From an uncultured virus (IMG/VR IMGVR_UViG_3300032088_001800) (taxonomy: Duplodnaviria > Heunggongvirae > Uroviricota > Caudoviricetes), in IMG/VR virus record IMGVR_UViG_3300032088_001800, positions 1-64,000 of that record: a stretch of 64,000 nt of DNA. One strand, 5' to 3'. The position numbers were made by a program, and so were the translations under genes. How positions within the stretch are numbered: position 1 is the stretch's first letter; every line of letters begins with the position of its first letter. Below are positions 34,701 through 42,693 of this stretch, piece after piece. Below the pieces are notes generated by a model, which was given only the letters and a program-made list of their open reading frames with translations, had not been told where the DNA came from and searched no databases.

Positions 34701-37700
34701 GTTTATTTAGAACTAATCCAGATATAATAGCAAACGGATATTCACTACTACGTCTCCAAGCATTTTCAACTGGTGATACATCACCAAATTTAAACTTGTT
34801 TCTTGTATTTCTTGAAACATAATTTTTTGCAAAGTTTGCTTTTAAGGGTGAAGCTATATTACCAGCAGAATCAACTGGAATATGCTTTAATAAATTAGGA
34901 CGAGCATATCTTACATCACGTCTAGTATTAGCAGGATCTTTAATTAGTCCTTCTGAAATATCTTCCCAAAGAATTAAGTTATCGCCTGTGTACGGAGCCT
35001 TGCCATATGTATCTTCCCACCAAGTAGGTTTCACTGTGATACCGAGCATTTCCCAAGGATGTGTATGCGGACGATCAGTGTCGTATGCTTTTCTATATAC
35101 GCCGCGCCAAAAACCCGGAAGTTCTTCACCATTAGGAGCATTCATATAAGAGTAGTTAAACGTTAATTGATTACCTCTATCGTAGAATGAGTTATCTGTA
35201 TAATCTGCATCAACTAACTGTTGCCATTCAACAAAACTACTTAATAATGAATTATTAAAGTCATCATACTTAATACCAGTGTTTCTATAATATCCAGGAA
35301 TATAATCGTGTATATTAAATATTTCTTGGTTGTACTCGAACTTAATATTATTAAAGATTCTTTTTTCAAGTTCTAATAACAAGTTATCTCTATAATCATT
35401 AAATGCAACAACTATAGACCCGTCATGTCCTTGTATAACTTTAGTTTCTTCTTGATAAGTGTTGTCTACAAAAATAGCCGGTTCATATTTTGGATACAAT
35501 CCTAACTTAGTAGGTGTTGCCGGAATAAAGGATCCGTCAGTTGATTCCCATTCAACTATTTCAATCTCATCGCCAACATTTTGTTCTGCCACAATTAGTA
35601 CAAAACCTTCAGTACTAAAGCTGTAGTCAATGCCATTAGCTAATAACAAACCATTTAAGTATACTTGTACAGATTTACTAGACAAAGCTGAAGCATCAAA
35701 TGCTGATGTTAATTGATAATAAGGATTTCTTGAATCAAGTACAGAGTTTCTAATAACATTGTTTGCTCCAGTAGGAACCATATCACTAAAGTAATAAGGC
35801 ATATTAGGAGTTTTATCTTTGTTTAATTCTTTTAATATTAAGTCAACATGTGTCCTTGTCGGACCATCATAACCTAATGTTTCTGCTGTTTGTAGAAATA
35901 CTCTTTTAAATTTTGCATAATCATTTTTTGATTGCTTTAAAGATTTTACAATGTTAAAGTTTTTATTAGTTATATGATATCCTGCTAGATTCATAGGAGC
36001 AGTATGCTTTACAAATCTTTTACCGTATCTATTAATATTTTTTATATCACGTAAATTACTTGGACCTGGATATATACCTGAAAACGCATTTATATCTTCT
36101 ACCATAGAATCTACATGATCAATAACTTCGCCTAATGTAAACTGAGCTATATCATCGTTGCTCGGGTTTCTTTCTAAATTAATTGGAAAATCGTAATGTC
36201 CGTTTTCATTTTTATCAGCTGTTGTCTTTACCCTTAATTCTACCACATCGTTTTCTAGTAAGTCTGTTAGAAAACGTACAAATACTCGGCCGTTAATTCT
36301 ATCTAATTCATAATCTAAAAGATTACTCTTTAATTGTTTATTAACATAAACTGCAACACGCAAGTCAGTAACATTTACTGCATTATCTACAACATCTACT
36401 TCAAAATTATTCTGTTGATCTATTGTAGATACATATTGTCTAATAATTTTCTGTACCATTTTAGTAGGTTTTGATTCCCAACCATTTTGGTAACTATATT
36501 CTTTATTATTATTATATTTTTTGAGGAATGATGTGTCAGTCTTTACAGTATAGAAGCCAGCAGCATCTTGATAAACAAATGTATCAGTAAGAAGATTAAA
36601 GTTAAATAATATATCTCCTGAATTTTCAATTGATTGATATTCTAATGGAAATCCTAACTCACTATCTGCTGTTCCTTCACCTTGTGAATAACTGAATAAT
36701 TTAGTACCTGTAAAATTACTTGCTTCGTATGTTGTAGTATCTGAATAACTTACTTCGTTTGCATCAAACAAATCAAACGTTGGATTTGTGTTTACTCCAG
36801 CTTTTGTTTGTGACGCTTTCCATTGTGAATTATCATAGTAAAATAAACTACCTGCAAATTCAACACCTTGTGTAATAAGCACTGTCTGTAAATCTTGAGG
36901 TATAGTGTCAGCTGTTTCGATTAAAGTTATTTGGCGTCTATTATTAGTTGTTACAAATTTTACTTCATAAATTTTTCCGCTAACAAGTATATCAGTATCA
37001 GCTGCAAATAGTACACGCATGCCTTCTGCTAATGCAACACCATCAACACTATAACCTAATGATCCTTCAATTATTGAAAATACATCTGTTGTATAGTTGT
37101 CAATTAAGTCAATATCTTTTTTAGCAAATACTCCGCTATTGTGCAACTTTAATCCTGGTTCAAATTCAATAATAGGTCTTTTTGCTCTAGCACTTTGATC
37201 TATATTGCTTGGTTGATTATTTCTTGATGCTGCATAATCAATAACATCTTTGTGGAACCATCTATTGTATCTTGCCCAAGGATTTTTATCAGGACTAGCT
37301 CTGTTTATAATAATGTAATCTTTAGTACCTGCATAACTACTTTGGTTTGCAAAAGGTAATCTATCGAATCCTTCGCTATCAAACAAGACAGCTTTTTCAG
37401 AAGCATAAGCAGCAGGAATAATTAAGTCTTTATCTCTAACTAATGTTATTTGGCTTCCGACTCCTTCAACATAATATGTTCCTTCACTATATGTATTTGG
37501 AGTAACTTTTCCTAAGAATTCAACTTTAAGACCGTTTGTAAATTTAACACCATTAGAACTTGTGTATTCTTTTTTTCCAATAATTTCTGCATCTATATTA
37601 ATTGCTGTATTTTCTTCAATATCAAAAATTCTTACTTGGCCACTAGTATTCAAATCATTCTTACTAATATAGAATAAGAAGTCAGGAGCATTTAGCGGAA

Positions 37701-38616
37701 TAGTAAATTCTATTACTCCGCTTTCAATATATACATTTGCAATTTCTGTACCTTCTTCATCAAATCTAGCTATTCCATTAGGATATAATTCACTAATGTT
37801 TTCATCATCGCCAATTTCAATGCCGCCTTCACGCGGCTGTACAATAAATTCTCCAAGATCATATGCTTCGCCATACAATGTAGCATCAAATAATCCTTCT
37901 CCTCTAACACCTTCTCTTGTTGCTGTTATTACAGAGTTGCCAGGTGTAAATGATCTTGATATTGCAAATGCCATTGGGTGGCCCGGTGTATCAATTTCAA
38001 ACCTATATGTTTGACCTCTATATAATACAAGATTTGGATTAGCAGTTAGTCCGTCCGGAGTAAACAAAAATGCAGTATCTTCTCCGGCAGTAGTTAAGCC
38101 TACTGAGTATGTACTTGTAACTGATTGAGATTGTCCTAAAACTTCAACTGTTTGTGGACCAGTTGGTAACCAATAGTATTCTCTAAAGTTTACAAATTTA
38201 TCCCAATCAATATGCGGGTTCCATGGATGGTAATCTTGAGCATAAGTTGCTGAATGATTAATAGTGTTGCCGCCAAATACACCTATTTGGTTTGTAATAT
38301 CATTATAATCTTTGTAAAAATTAACAGTGCCTAATTCATCCTTTTGAACTATAGCTGGTTCAAATTGGTAGTCTGTTCTTTGCTTAGATACGTCAGGAAC
38401 ATAATTATCTCCTGGTGCAAATGCTTTTGCTGTTGTTCTTCCATAATAAGATGTAAGTTTTTCAGCTACGCCAGGTTGTATTAACTGATCTAAAGTTGCT
38501 TGTAAAAAGTTTACGTTTGCTGTTGTTCTAAAGTAACGAGGTAATAAATCTGAGCTACGTCTTTTTTCACTACCTTCACCTGGTAGTGGTTTATCGTTTT
38601 GATTATCTATAGCCAT
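22732..38616 (-). CDS. Giant 5294-aa baseplate wedge/structural protein (gp7-like position)
   Basis: One uninterrupted 15.9-kb ORF directly after gp6; repeated aromatic modules, FG-GAP-like repeats and I-x-N-x-G-x-G-Y repeats. Confidence 0.75.
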   Translation of the reverse strand: MAIDNQNDKPLPGEGSEKRRSSDLLPRYFRTTANVNFLQATLDQLIQPGVAEKLTSYYGRTTAKAFAPGDNYVPDVSKQRTDYQFEPAIVQKDELGTVNFYKDYNDITNQIGVFGGNTINHSATYAQDYHPWNPHIDWDKFVNFREYYWLPTGPQTVEVLGQSQSVTSTYSVGLTTAGEDTAFLFTPDGLTANPNLVLYRGQTYRFEIDTPGHPMAFAISRSFTPGNSVITATREGVRGEGLFDATLYGEAYDLGEFIVQPREGGIEIGDDENISELYPNGIARFDEEGTEIANVYIESGVIEFTIPLNAPDFLFYISKNDLNTSGQVRIFDIEENTAINIDAEIIGKKEYTSSNGVKFTNGLKVEFLGKVTPNTYSEGTYYVEGVGSQITLVRDKDLIIPAAYASEKAVLFDSEGFDRLPFANQSSYAGTKDYIIINRASPDKNPWARYNRWFHKDVIDYAASRNNQPSNIDQSARAKRPIIEFEPGLKLHNSGVFAKKDIDLIDNYTTDVFSIIEGSLGYSVDGVALAEGMRVLFAADTDILVSGKIYEVKFVTTNNRRQITLIETADTIPQDLQTVLITQGVEFAGSLFYYDNSQWKASQTKAGVNTNPTFDLFDANEVSYSDTTTYEASNFTGTKLFSYSQGEGTADSELGFPLEYQSIENSGDILFNFNLLTDTFVYQDAAGFYTVKTDTSFLKKYNNNKEYSYQNGWESKPTKMVQKIIRQYVSTIDQQNNFEVDVVDNAVNVTDLRVAVYVNKQLKSNLLDYELDRINGRVFVRFLTDLLENDVVELRVKTTADKNENGHYDFPINLERNPSNDDIAQFTLGEVIDHVDSMVEDINAFSGIYPGPSNLRDIKNINRYGKRFVKHTAPMNLAGYHITNKNFNIVKSLKQSKNDYAKFKRVFLQTAETLGYDGPTRTHVDLILKELNKDKTPNMPYYFSDMVPTGANNVIRNSVLDSRNPYYQLTSAFDASALSSKSVQVYLNGLLLANGIDYSFSTEGFVLIVAEQNVGDEIEIVEWESTDGSFIPATPTKLGLYPKYEPAIFVDNTYQEETKVIQGHDGSIVVAFNDYRDNLLLELEKRIFNNIKFEYNQEIFNIHDYIPGYYRNTGIKYDDFNNSLLSSFVEWQQLVDADYTDNSFYDRGNQLTFNYSYMNAPNGEELPGFWRGVYRKAYDTDRPHTHPWEMLGITVKPTWWEDTYGKAPYTGDNLILWEDISEGLIKDPANTRRDVRYARPNLLKHIPVDSAGNIASPLKANFAKNYVSRNTRNKFKFGDVSPVENAWRRSSEYPFAIISGLVLNKPNEMFGRCFDLSRITPNLAGQHVYSTTGKFITLADIQFPNSYNGTERVITSGLINYLYNYISANVSSIYQEYKDELTTLTNQLGFKIGGFTDKSKFKLVLDSRTPYNQGNVFVPEENYQIIFNTSSPLENQIYSGVTVEKQSSGFIIRGYAFDTPYFSYHPHIESTVDRTITVGGISETFESWTPNRRFSEGAVIENAGRYYRATTAFESTTVFTTDNLVSMPEVPVEGGKRAIIRKTFSKKIKRLNYGTQFRTSQEVVDFLLGYGKYLEDQGFVFDTFNANTDDIDDWTYTCKEFLFWTTQNWAAGTAISLSPAANVLQFKKDYAVIDNIFDNFYPYSILDADARQIKKEFDHTIRQQNSFGMILKNTDQGIYQAQLPLVQKEHVCLLDNTTQFGDTIFHPATGYRQERIKVIGYRSDEWTGGMDVPGFIYDDTNITVWDSYKDYIIGDVVKYKEFYYVALLNTPGSQFFQTSSWQKLAEKPESQLMVNFDYKINQFADFYDLDSDNFDIEQQKLAQHLIGYQPRNYLANIINDDVSQYKFYQGMIQDKGTVNALSKLFDALNYAEKDSLEFFEEWAVQLGQYGATSKYKDVDFILDESKFRITPQPIELVDIKNPTRSDTAIEIQPYEVYSRDSEYQSKVFPKIDDVKEYIQSAGYVRTEDIKFRVRTKDDLLKIQTPQITVGDYVWVTDDNISFDKDWNVYQLVDTPYNVNSITPEDEGADEIAGSITPFIRVNTTKFVGGDIKKGDVVGIYGAASSNLLNFLYVSEVSVDTMVLQVPEGVVVSAIENVNYLVARFRSVRVKDINELNTLIESYKDENQKVWIDKLDKSWSVIQNTENYVEQQVIFNPATPTDNFQKYGVALSVSDDNRNLMVSASDDNDGKVHYYRRSVETNNLVLTQTILPPDNIRVNDAVLTLSQSVNVVAGHKFKQGNCTATISQTTSGNTVYLENVRGQLNVEGADLISVNGTIETLLGNNGIFDSFVVTQRDINFGSDIAISPDGNFLAVGTPDAAEIRTRFQGDFVPTQEYSKNDVISFREGLYKANRTIIPQQPSVEFNTFNSYTDIAGQDDADSSLISLLLTGNPGLTDKPTDHFLIRAPKTAYLATEPGDSVGLTWNRFSRSNPTLDLTLPWDGDSGTLTYEDITDTHTIVQKVDLVIYVDTFTILPQIGNSVTTPTGSGEVYYIETQDDSVVMYLINVNGVFDAFGDLYVNDADIMGTYNILADNVIDGLSGFWLVNVYSDAEKTVSKVYENGSTWIETGTGLIYNDVKRQSDNRNIFEYFNLQNLISSIGSYTGQQQQAGQIINLTYLGDNGNLATPATFATDKFVVRMSKQYQNKITDINGNVLVDPNTGNNVKVRLQLYDLDNYIIDVASAGFTFEQLNKKHTITDIWDGFIDFEFTEFQNDLPYEPLVGSIITDVQTPFDGFGGLSLSTRTTSRAEVVLYQRDFNKVRVYLKNISGDWSQLNNIGRYEIRREPDATLFPGQPGRVMGKIDSVLQDVAMGTDQIGGLMVFENAEGNLPLVSLPPAAEDPSWQYSKIVDEEYWFYDAVAQQGAQVPANYPDAFNRDYTQVYSIPVDEFGQVQNVNEGTISIFKFNGTSGFRYVDSFVSERASDNRGYGTKLKLVQSGLDYTLLVSSTLGTGQLEIIKHGVPIDKADNYFGEWGPLNTFEQGVIVEYQGEFYEAKRDVPQLEPVIDIGNTTYWNRISWRYGKDDDYRGLFQNDPVLDYAPGELVKYADPDDDSTLKLYKAKTKVDGTQPFSTNDWEIVTSGEDYLGYLPTETNNTLYESQMLFESKWPLTQFAKSFDLSKDGKLLVVLNEHSVEAKVESIDTDADTITIDSTAWLYIGMPVRVRIPNELDSSNAAAQSPLAENQTYYVHSILSDTTFRISSTLFNDETVRDATLAADTADSTWEYLALDEYAEGIYITNFTVDDTIATIGIYKLDGSKYMFKQLLEDTLTKDGIYHDIAVSDDGKFFAVSEPYNDSINIDQGRVLVYKENAAGVFELSQTLISPNNEQSELFGFNIDFSKNEIVITSKNGDITSPTTFDGTIVGNTEPTTTYDSGFTTFNNVLVNSGVVYVFENLNDSFVFAERFNYTGETQAFGEVLVINDNHTYVGMPRIEKDTYQGEIIDYRKPFDKSAWNILRSPVDAVDIKLIEGMFLYNKRTNQKVLDLDYVDIIQGKLPGPAEQEIDYKVPYDPARYNVTPLEGMFDEGDPWGANYVGSVWYDISLSKFVNAYQGDITFQKNNFNKLMPDYLVSVHEWVESDYSPAKWDELSETEIGYQAGITGQTVYSDAQYTQVVNYDSATQTFGSKFYFWVTRKKDVPKNSTNRKLSVLDIGNLIQNPAGNGYKHVALLAQDRFIVHNCDSLLNDKDIVLNVRWLANNDREQNVHTQYQIMSDGLETSKLNPEIEQKWFDSLVGYDAQMRQVPDPNLPVKLKYGNRFSPRQGMFVNKTEALKQVIERVNLVLAEKLIVDDFDLSPLTSSQSIPSKFTNLYDFEIDTVEELRFIGTSKIVQAQLTPVISNGAIRSVEITEPGRGYKDINFNPETDTIRKGPTVEIVGQGTGAEIQTFINNLGQVTSVEVINQGENYTNATRLLVRKLSVLVITDSTVYGKWAIYDWDNSSKEWFRKRVQEFDTSLFWSYADWYANGYNEFTDIDYSLQGTYELYGLENRIGDIVKISSVGTGGWLLLRKVANEDTEDFTINYETIGRQSGTIIFDNSLYDLLNNSLGYDVRSFDSYFYDNQPVQELRIILNTIRDNIFVDELEVEYNNLWFASLRYVFSEQLYVDWAFKTSFVKVKHNLGVLQQDITFNNDTLPSYEAYIEEAKPFKTSIREFVSNYEAIDESNSKISDFDVPAYYDTVSKKITVPIIKVVDDVVVSNDTKINEFPRKDFTDNVGYEITSIEIANPGSKYTFTPKIIIEGGGGSGATAQAYLGRGAITKIEVTNPGSGYISAPTITIQGSQASGGIEASASVIIGNSLIRTALMKVKFDRTSGSMYIMDLDTTETFTGTGFKTLYNLEWPIANDSTKVKISVDGEEALRSEYTYYNKENNDKSYTRLQGVIDFTTPPSNLAVITVEYEKSVDMLHAQDRVNFFYNPTSGMLGKELNQLMDGIDYGGVQIRSFEFTGPSGWDSDSWYSTTWDSYINTFEDEVFIFDGSTISIKLGQPLEAATNYNVYVRLLGETEYTRIDGASPDSSDTTYDGPWIETLIGDGTTDIIELDELGITVKDGDSIIIRKETSDGSFEPDDLSFDTALSGGDLAYSTAKGIAAEEIIIDGDGFVTPTTSKGTEELVPGQLIDSLDIQVYERETGGQGMIYAQTFVLGANDTEFDLKIIPASVDSILVKLDNTLLSPSEYTIDWTNNKLVLDSANLAVNQVLSVVAVGTGQQNVLDTGRFVATGDTADYLTAVKYQESMSAYVTINGIKQDIILIEADDSFPNFGGNTVIRFESEPDTGALIDYVIFADDTIINVSQMARSSLIGDGSTVSFTLPSTPLYQTPLEYKMLVKVGNKVLNPGYNAEFTIPQDRQRQYQLELFQKPSGSISNVENNVKPFINGKAITFPNQWVFDSSNSIIELQPGVGKPGDILEVYIVGDGEYTITNNVITFADTPGYDVGIELITFTNHDILNSERINYEVAARSLLTAGSKEYSTYHRLSTGEILLRKPVIDAQYVWISVNGELLIPSLDYHVTDDRTKVRIEQKLNPDDVIDVLSFSAPIATERFAYRQFKDMLNRTHFKRIDQATTTLTQNLNYYDLRIEVADGSALPEPNKGKNIPGIIWINKERIEYLVKEDNTLRQLRRGTLGTSVNESITSGTSVYDQGPNKSIPYKDETITRIHTTDGSTKVIDLDFDPDNSVQVYNAAHDLEVSAVEFFEVFYQGRRLRKTSQLSFNPTTALDSNEGDIILPPEFSVVGNILTLNIADPDTGIYGNYIPPANVQVHIIRKQGKVWNDPDTSLANSDNNIANFLRSGSINFIE

Positions 38617-41600
38617 TAGTAACTATAACCTCCGCTTGAAGAACTTCCTGAAGAACTACTAGAACTACTTGAAGAAGAACTTGAACTACTTGCACTGCTT
38701 GAACTACTGCTTGCACTGCTAACATTTGCTACATTACTACTACTTCTTGTGCTTAATACAGGAGCACTTTGTACCCCTACTACTTCTGCTGGTGTAGACG
38801 TAACAATTTTTCCAGACGACTGTAATTTAGAAGATGTAATTTCATCAATTACATCGATATCTTTTACTGTTGCGCCATTTATAAATATTTCATCGTTTTC
38901 TGAATTAATTTGGAATAGGCTTCCAAATGATTGATCTGCTTGTTCTGGAACAATAAGAAAACTTACTAAATCAGGACTCATAAAATTCATTACATAAGAA
39001 CTAAGTTCTTGGAAATAAAATGTGTCTCCAAAGTCCCAATTTTCTGTGCTAAAGAATCTATTAATTAAAGCAACTATACGTGATTTAATATCATTGTCAT
39101 TTAGTACAAGATCAGGATTCTTTACAACTTTAAATTTAACTTGCAAGTCAGGCATTGCTTTTGATCCAAATAATACTTTGTACTTAACAGGGTGATATAT
39201 TATTTCATCACTTATTGATTTAATTGCATTTAACTCTTTTCCATAAAGTCTAAATAATTCATCACTGCTAGGTGGCTTTGGTTTCATTGGCAGTTCGCCT
39301 GAAAGATAAAGTCTAAACTGTGTATCATAATTTCTACTTAATACATGAGTATCAATAATATTACTTAAACTTGGATCTATTCTATTTTCAGAATCAGCTA
39401 CATGTAAGTAGTTAAACTTCAACGAGTTTCTACCAATATATGCTCTATAATTTGAAATTGTAGTTAAGCTATTTGCAGTCGAATTATACTGTTTAAATAC
39501 ACCTTCCTCAACTAGATAAAATATCTTTCCGTTGTTATTACTAATACGCTCTACTGCTGCTTCGTTTGTTACTTGTATAATATCTGCATTAGTATTATCA
39601 AAATATTTAAAGTCTTCAACACCATCAGATGTAGTATATAATTTTTGGTATATGTACTCATTAGAATTAACTATTTCTTCAAATATTTCAGGGTCATCAA
39701 ATATACCATCATTGTTTGAATCATAGAATGTTACTTCTAATTTTCTAGTATCTCTGTATCCTGCTGGATCTCTAAATTCTTTAGCTGCACTCCATGTATA
39801 ATCTTTATTAAACGGAACTCCAGAACCATCAGGTTTTGAATTAATAGACAAAACATCTATTTTGTCTTTAAGAACTTTACCTGTCCTCGGATTAAAGACT
39901 TTATTTGCTTCATCAAAATAAAACTTTAGTTCGTCAGCACTTTCAAAAACATATCTTAAATTTCTGTAAGTTATTGTATATGTTTCACCATTTGTTTTGA
40001 AGTAAAGCAACCAACTAGAATCTAGTTGCTGTCCACTAACATCGCCAGTTTTACCTGTACTAAAGTCAGCTGTTGTATTAATATTATCAGCTGTAATTAA
40101 TTTCCAACGTCTTGCAATATCGTCATATCTAATAGCATAATCGTTGTAAGCAAATGTTTGGTCAATAATCTGTGTCTTAAGGTCATCTAATAATACCGAA
40201 GACAATTTAGGTTTAATTTGTGTCAATATTGGTTTGATATTTGCATCGCCGTTTGAAACAGGCAATATTTCATTTAGAATAATATTTCCTATGTTGCCTG
40301 TTGTACCAGTACCGTCACCTGTAACACTTACAACCTTTACCCATCTATATAAAGATGCGTTTGGATGATCAGCTGGTCCAGGCATTATGATATTTTCTGC
40401 ATCGTCCATAAAGTGATAACCTTCTGGTGCAGCAAATCTTAACATTGATCCTGATTCAATTAACCTTAAACTATTACTTGTAAATGCTCCAACTTTATAT
40501 GATACTGCATCTTGGTCAATAAAGTTACCTGTGTCAGCATTAGTTGACGTAGACGTTGACGACCATTGTGCATTTAAATCAGTAACAATAATTTTTGGAT
40601 ATTTTGCCCAATAAAAGTTTTTCATATTAGTGCTAGTTAACAATCCTTGTATAGTATTATAAATTACACCTTCAACATCACTTTGTGTTACAAAACTAAA
40701 GTTATTCTTTTCGTCAAATTTTTGCTGGTACAAAATGCCGTCTGTTCCAAATAAATTTGTATTACTGTATTTTCCTGTAGTATCTTTTAAATCTAAATAT
40801 CTGCTTATTCCGCTGCTAACTCTATTAACTGATCTTGTCTTAATAATATCCTGACTTACACCCAATGGTGCAACATTATAGTCTTCACCTGTAATCATTC
40901 GATTTTGAGTATAATACGTTGCAGGAGCATTTGATTTTATGCTTTCATTTGACTCACTTTGTGTAGCATTATTAACAGCATACTTAAGACTCATTGTTAT
41001 AGTAAGTTTTTCGTTAGTATTTTTTCTACCAATATAAGGTACAGAAATAGTAATATTTGACATACCTGCAGGATTAACAGAAAGGTTTCTGTTAGCACTT
41101 GTTCTATAATATGTTCTAAAATTGCCAGCTGGAAGATTACCAAATACGCCGTCACTAAACACTAGATTAATTCTATCACTAACTCTTGTAGCAACTGTAA
41201 ATACATTTCTAATATTTTTAGACAAACTATTATAGATAATATTGTTACCTTCAACAGCAGCTAGTTTTGTCCAAAGTTCGTTTTCAAATCCATTTGAATC
41301 AATACTATATAACCAGACATCACTGTTGTTTATGTTTGTTACATCAATAGCAATGTTTTGGTTAGGGGTAGGATTTTCAACAAAAAATTCTCCAGACTTT
41401 AGTGTTCCTTGTCTAAAGTGCATAAAGAAACCTGTATTAGAACTGCCGGCGCCTCTGCCGTCATCTCTAAATAGAAACGCAGGATTATTTCCTGGTAACG
41501 GTGGTTCTTCTAATATTTCTCCGTCTTGAATATCTGTACTTACTGCTTCAAATGCTACAGTAGATCCTTCAACAGTTTTTGTAAACTTAAATCTTGGAAT

Positions 41601-42191
41601 ATCTGTGTTTAAAGAATTTAATCTGTACTGCTCTGTTGATATGCCTGATACTTGTTCAGTCTTTAAAGGTGTACCTACGCCGTTATTTACAGGTAATGCT
41701 GCATTAAGTATTTTTGTAAATTGCTCAAACCAAGAGCTACTACTAGCATCATTCCAATTGACTGTAATACCAGCTAAATTTGTTCCTGAACTATCAATAA
41801 GTGTTTCAGTAGTTTTTATGCTATCAAACTTTAATAGCCCTGATGCTGCTTGATTTCTTTTAGGGTTATAAGAAATTAGTCTTGCTAAACGTAATATGCT
41901 TTCTCTACGTTCTGCTGTTTCAAGAAAGTTTTCTCTAGCATTTAAATCTGTTCTAAATGACAGATTTTGGCCGAGGAAAGCTATCATGTCAATTAGTGCT
42001 AAGAATTCACTAGATTCAATATAATCGTTAAAGTCTTCTGGATAGTTTTGGCGCAGATAATTAATTAAAGTTCTGCGCAGGCTATCAAAATCATAACTTT
42101 GGAAATCAGCATTCCTGTATGATTGGTATATGCGTTTCCAGTCTTCTGTTACTAACAGTCGATTTTGTCTGTCTGTTGATGACATTGGCAA
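38616..42191 (-). CDS. gp6: Baseplate wedge subunit (T4 gp6-like)
   Basis: DFDSLRRTLINYL...FNDY..SS...LIDMIA...ENFLETAERRESILRLARLISYNPKR; ESIKSNAP..Y.TQNRMITGEDY. Confidence 0.85.
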   Translation of the reverse strand: MPMSSTDRQNRLLVTEDWKRIYQSYRNADFQSYDFDSLRRTLINYLRQNYPEDFNDYIESSEFLALIDMIAFLGQNLSFRTDLNARENFLETAERRESILRLARLISYNPKRNQAASGLLKFDSIKTTETLIDSSGTNLAGITVNWNDASSSSWFEQFTKILNAALPVNNGVGTPLKTEQVSGISTEQYRLNSLNTDIPRFKFTKTVEGSTVAFEAVSTDIQDGEILEEPPLPGNNPAFLFRDDGRGAGSSNTGFFMHFRQGTLKSGEFFVENPTPNQNIAIDVTNINNSDVWLYSIDSNGFENELWTKLAAVEGNNIIYNSLSKNIRNVFTVATRVSDRINLVFSDGVFGNLPAGNFRTYYRTSANRNLSVNPAGMSNITISVPYIGRKNTNEKLTITMSLKYAVNNATQSESNESIKSNAPATYYTQNRMITGEDYNVAPLGVSQDIIKTRSVNRVSSGISRYLDLKDTTGKYSNTNLFGTDGILYQQKFDEKNNFSFVTQSDVEGVIYNTIQGLLTSTNMKNFYWAKYPKIIVTDLNAQWSSTSTSTNADTGNFIDQDAVSYKVGAFTSNSLRLIESGSMLRFAAPEGYHFMDDAENIIMPGPADHPNASLYRWVKVVSVTGDGTGTTGNIGNIILNEILPVSNGDANIKPILTQIKPKLSSVLLDDLKTQIIDQTFAYNDYAIRYDDIARRWKLITADNINTTADFSTGKTGDVSGQQLDSSWLLYFKTNGETYTITYRNLRYVFESADELKFYFDEANKVFNPRTGKVLKDKIDVLSINSKPDGSGVPFNKDYTWSAAKEFRDPAGYRDTRKLEVTFYDSNNDGIFDDPEIFEEIVNSNEYIYQKLYTTSDGVEDFKYFDNTNADIIQVTNEAAVERISNNNGKIFYLVEEGVFKQYNSTANSLTTISNYRAYIGRNSLKFNYLHVADSENRIDPSLSNIIDTHVLSRNYDTQFRLYLSGELPMKPKPPSSDELFRLYGKELNAIKSISDEIIYHPVKYKVLFGSKAMPDLQVKFKVVKNPDLVLNDNDIKSRIVALINRFFSTENWDFGDTFYFQELSSYVMNFMSPDLVSFLIVPEQADQSFGSLFQINSENDEIFINGATVKDIDVIDEITSSKLQSSGKIVTSTPAEVVGVQSAPVLSTRSSSNVANVSSASSSSSSASSSSSSSSSSSSSSGSSSSGGYSY
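38619..38745 (-). repeat. Poly-serine low-complexity tail of gp6
   Basis: Imperfect GAAGAACT/GAACTACT repeats encoding SSASSSSSSASSSS...GSSSSGGYSY. Confidence 0.85.
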
Positions 42192-42208
42192 TTCCTCATT
42201 TGTTGTAG

Positions 42209-42214
42209 TATTTA
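42209..42214 (-). promoter_or_regulatory. Late-promoter core TAAATA
   Basis: Intergenic, upstream of gp6 and its GAGG Shine-Dalgarno. Confidence 0.6.
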
Positions 42215-42237
42215 GCGTTAGAGATTAACTACTACTA

Positions 42238-42681
42238 TTATATCAGGCCTGCAGCCTGATCAAACTTAAATCGCAATGTTTCAGATATATCAAAAGCTAT
42301 ATATGTTAAATCTGCTTCAATTTGAAGACCAAACTCATACGGAGTAACAGTGATACTGTTAACTCCTACTCTAGGATCATAGTTTATAATTTCTGTAACG
42401 TTTTGAATTACTGCTTCTTTAACATCGTCAGTAAACGGTTCAAATAATATGTCCCAAATAATTGTACCAAATTCAGGATCTGATAATTTTTCGCCTTGTC
42501 TAATATGAAAGTGATTTATAATATCTTGTTTAATAATATCTAAATCGTATAATGCATAAGAATCTTTACTAATATCAACTGTTGAAAATCCTCTATAAGA
42601 CTTTTCTTGCTTAGTATCCGTGGATTGTGCAGCATTTTTTACTGTAACTCTTTTGTATAAATTCTTTTCAATAGTACTCAT
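42238..42681 (-). CDS. gp25: Baseplate wedge protein gp25-like (sheath initiator)
   Basis: IKQDIINHFHIRQGEKLSDPEFGTIIWDILFEP...YDPRV, typical GPW/gp25 motif. Confidence 0.9.
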   Translation of the reverse strand: MSTIEKNLYKRVTVKNAAQSTDTKQEKSYRGFSTVDISKDSYALYDLDIIKQDIINHFHIRQGEKLSDPEFGTIIWDILFEPFTDDVKEAVIQNVTEIINYDPRVGVNSITVTPYEFGLQIEADLTYIAFDISETLRFKFDQAAGLI

Positions 42682-42693
42682 AACGTATTTACC

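Noticed and set aside
38619..38745. Repeats at the gp6 3' end as a regulatory or phase-variable repeat
   Set aside because: Imperfect, in frame and explained by poly-Ser coding.
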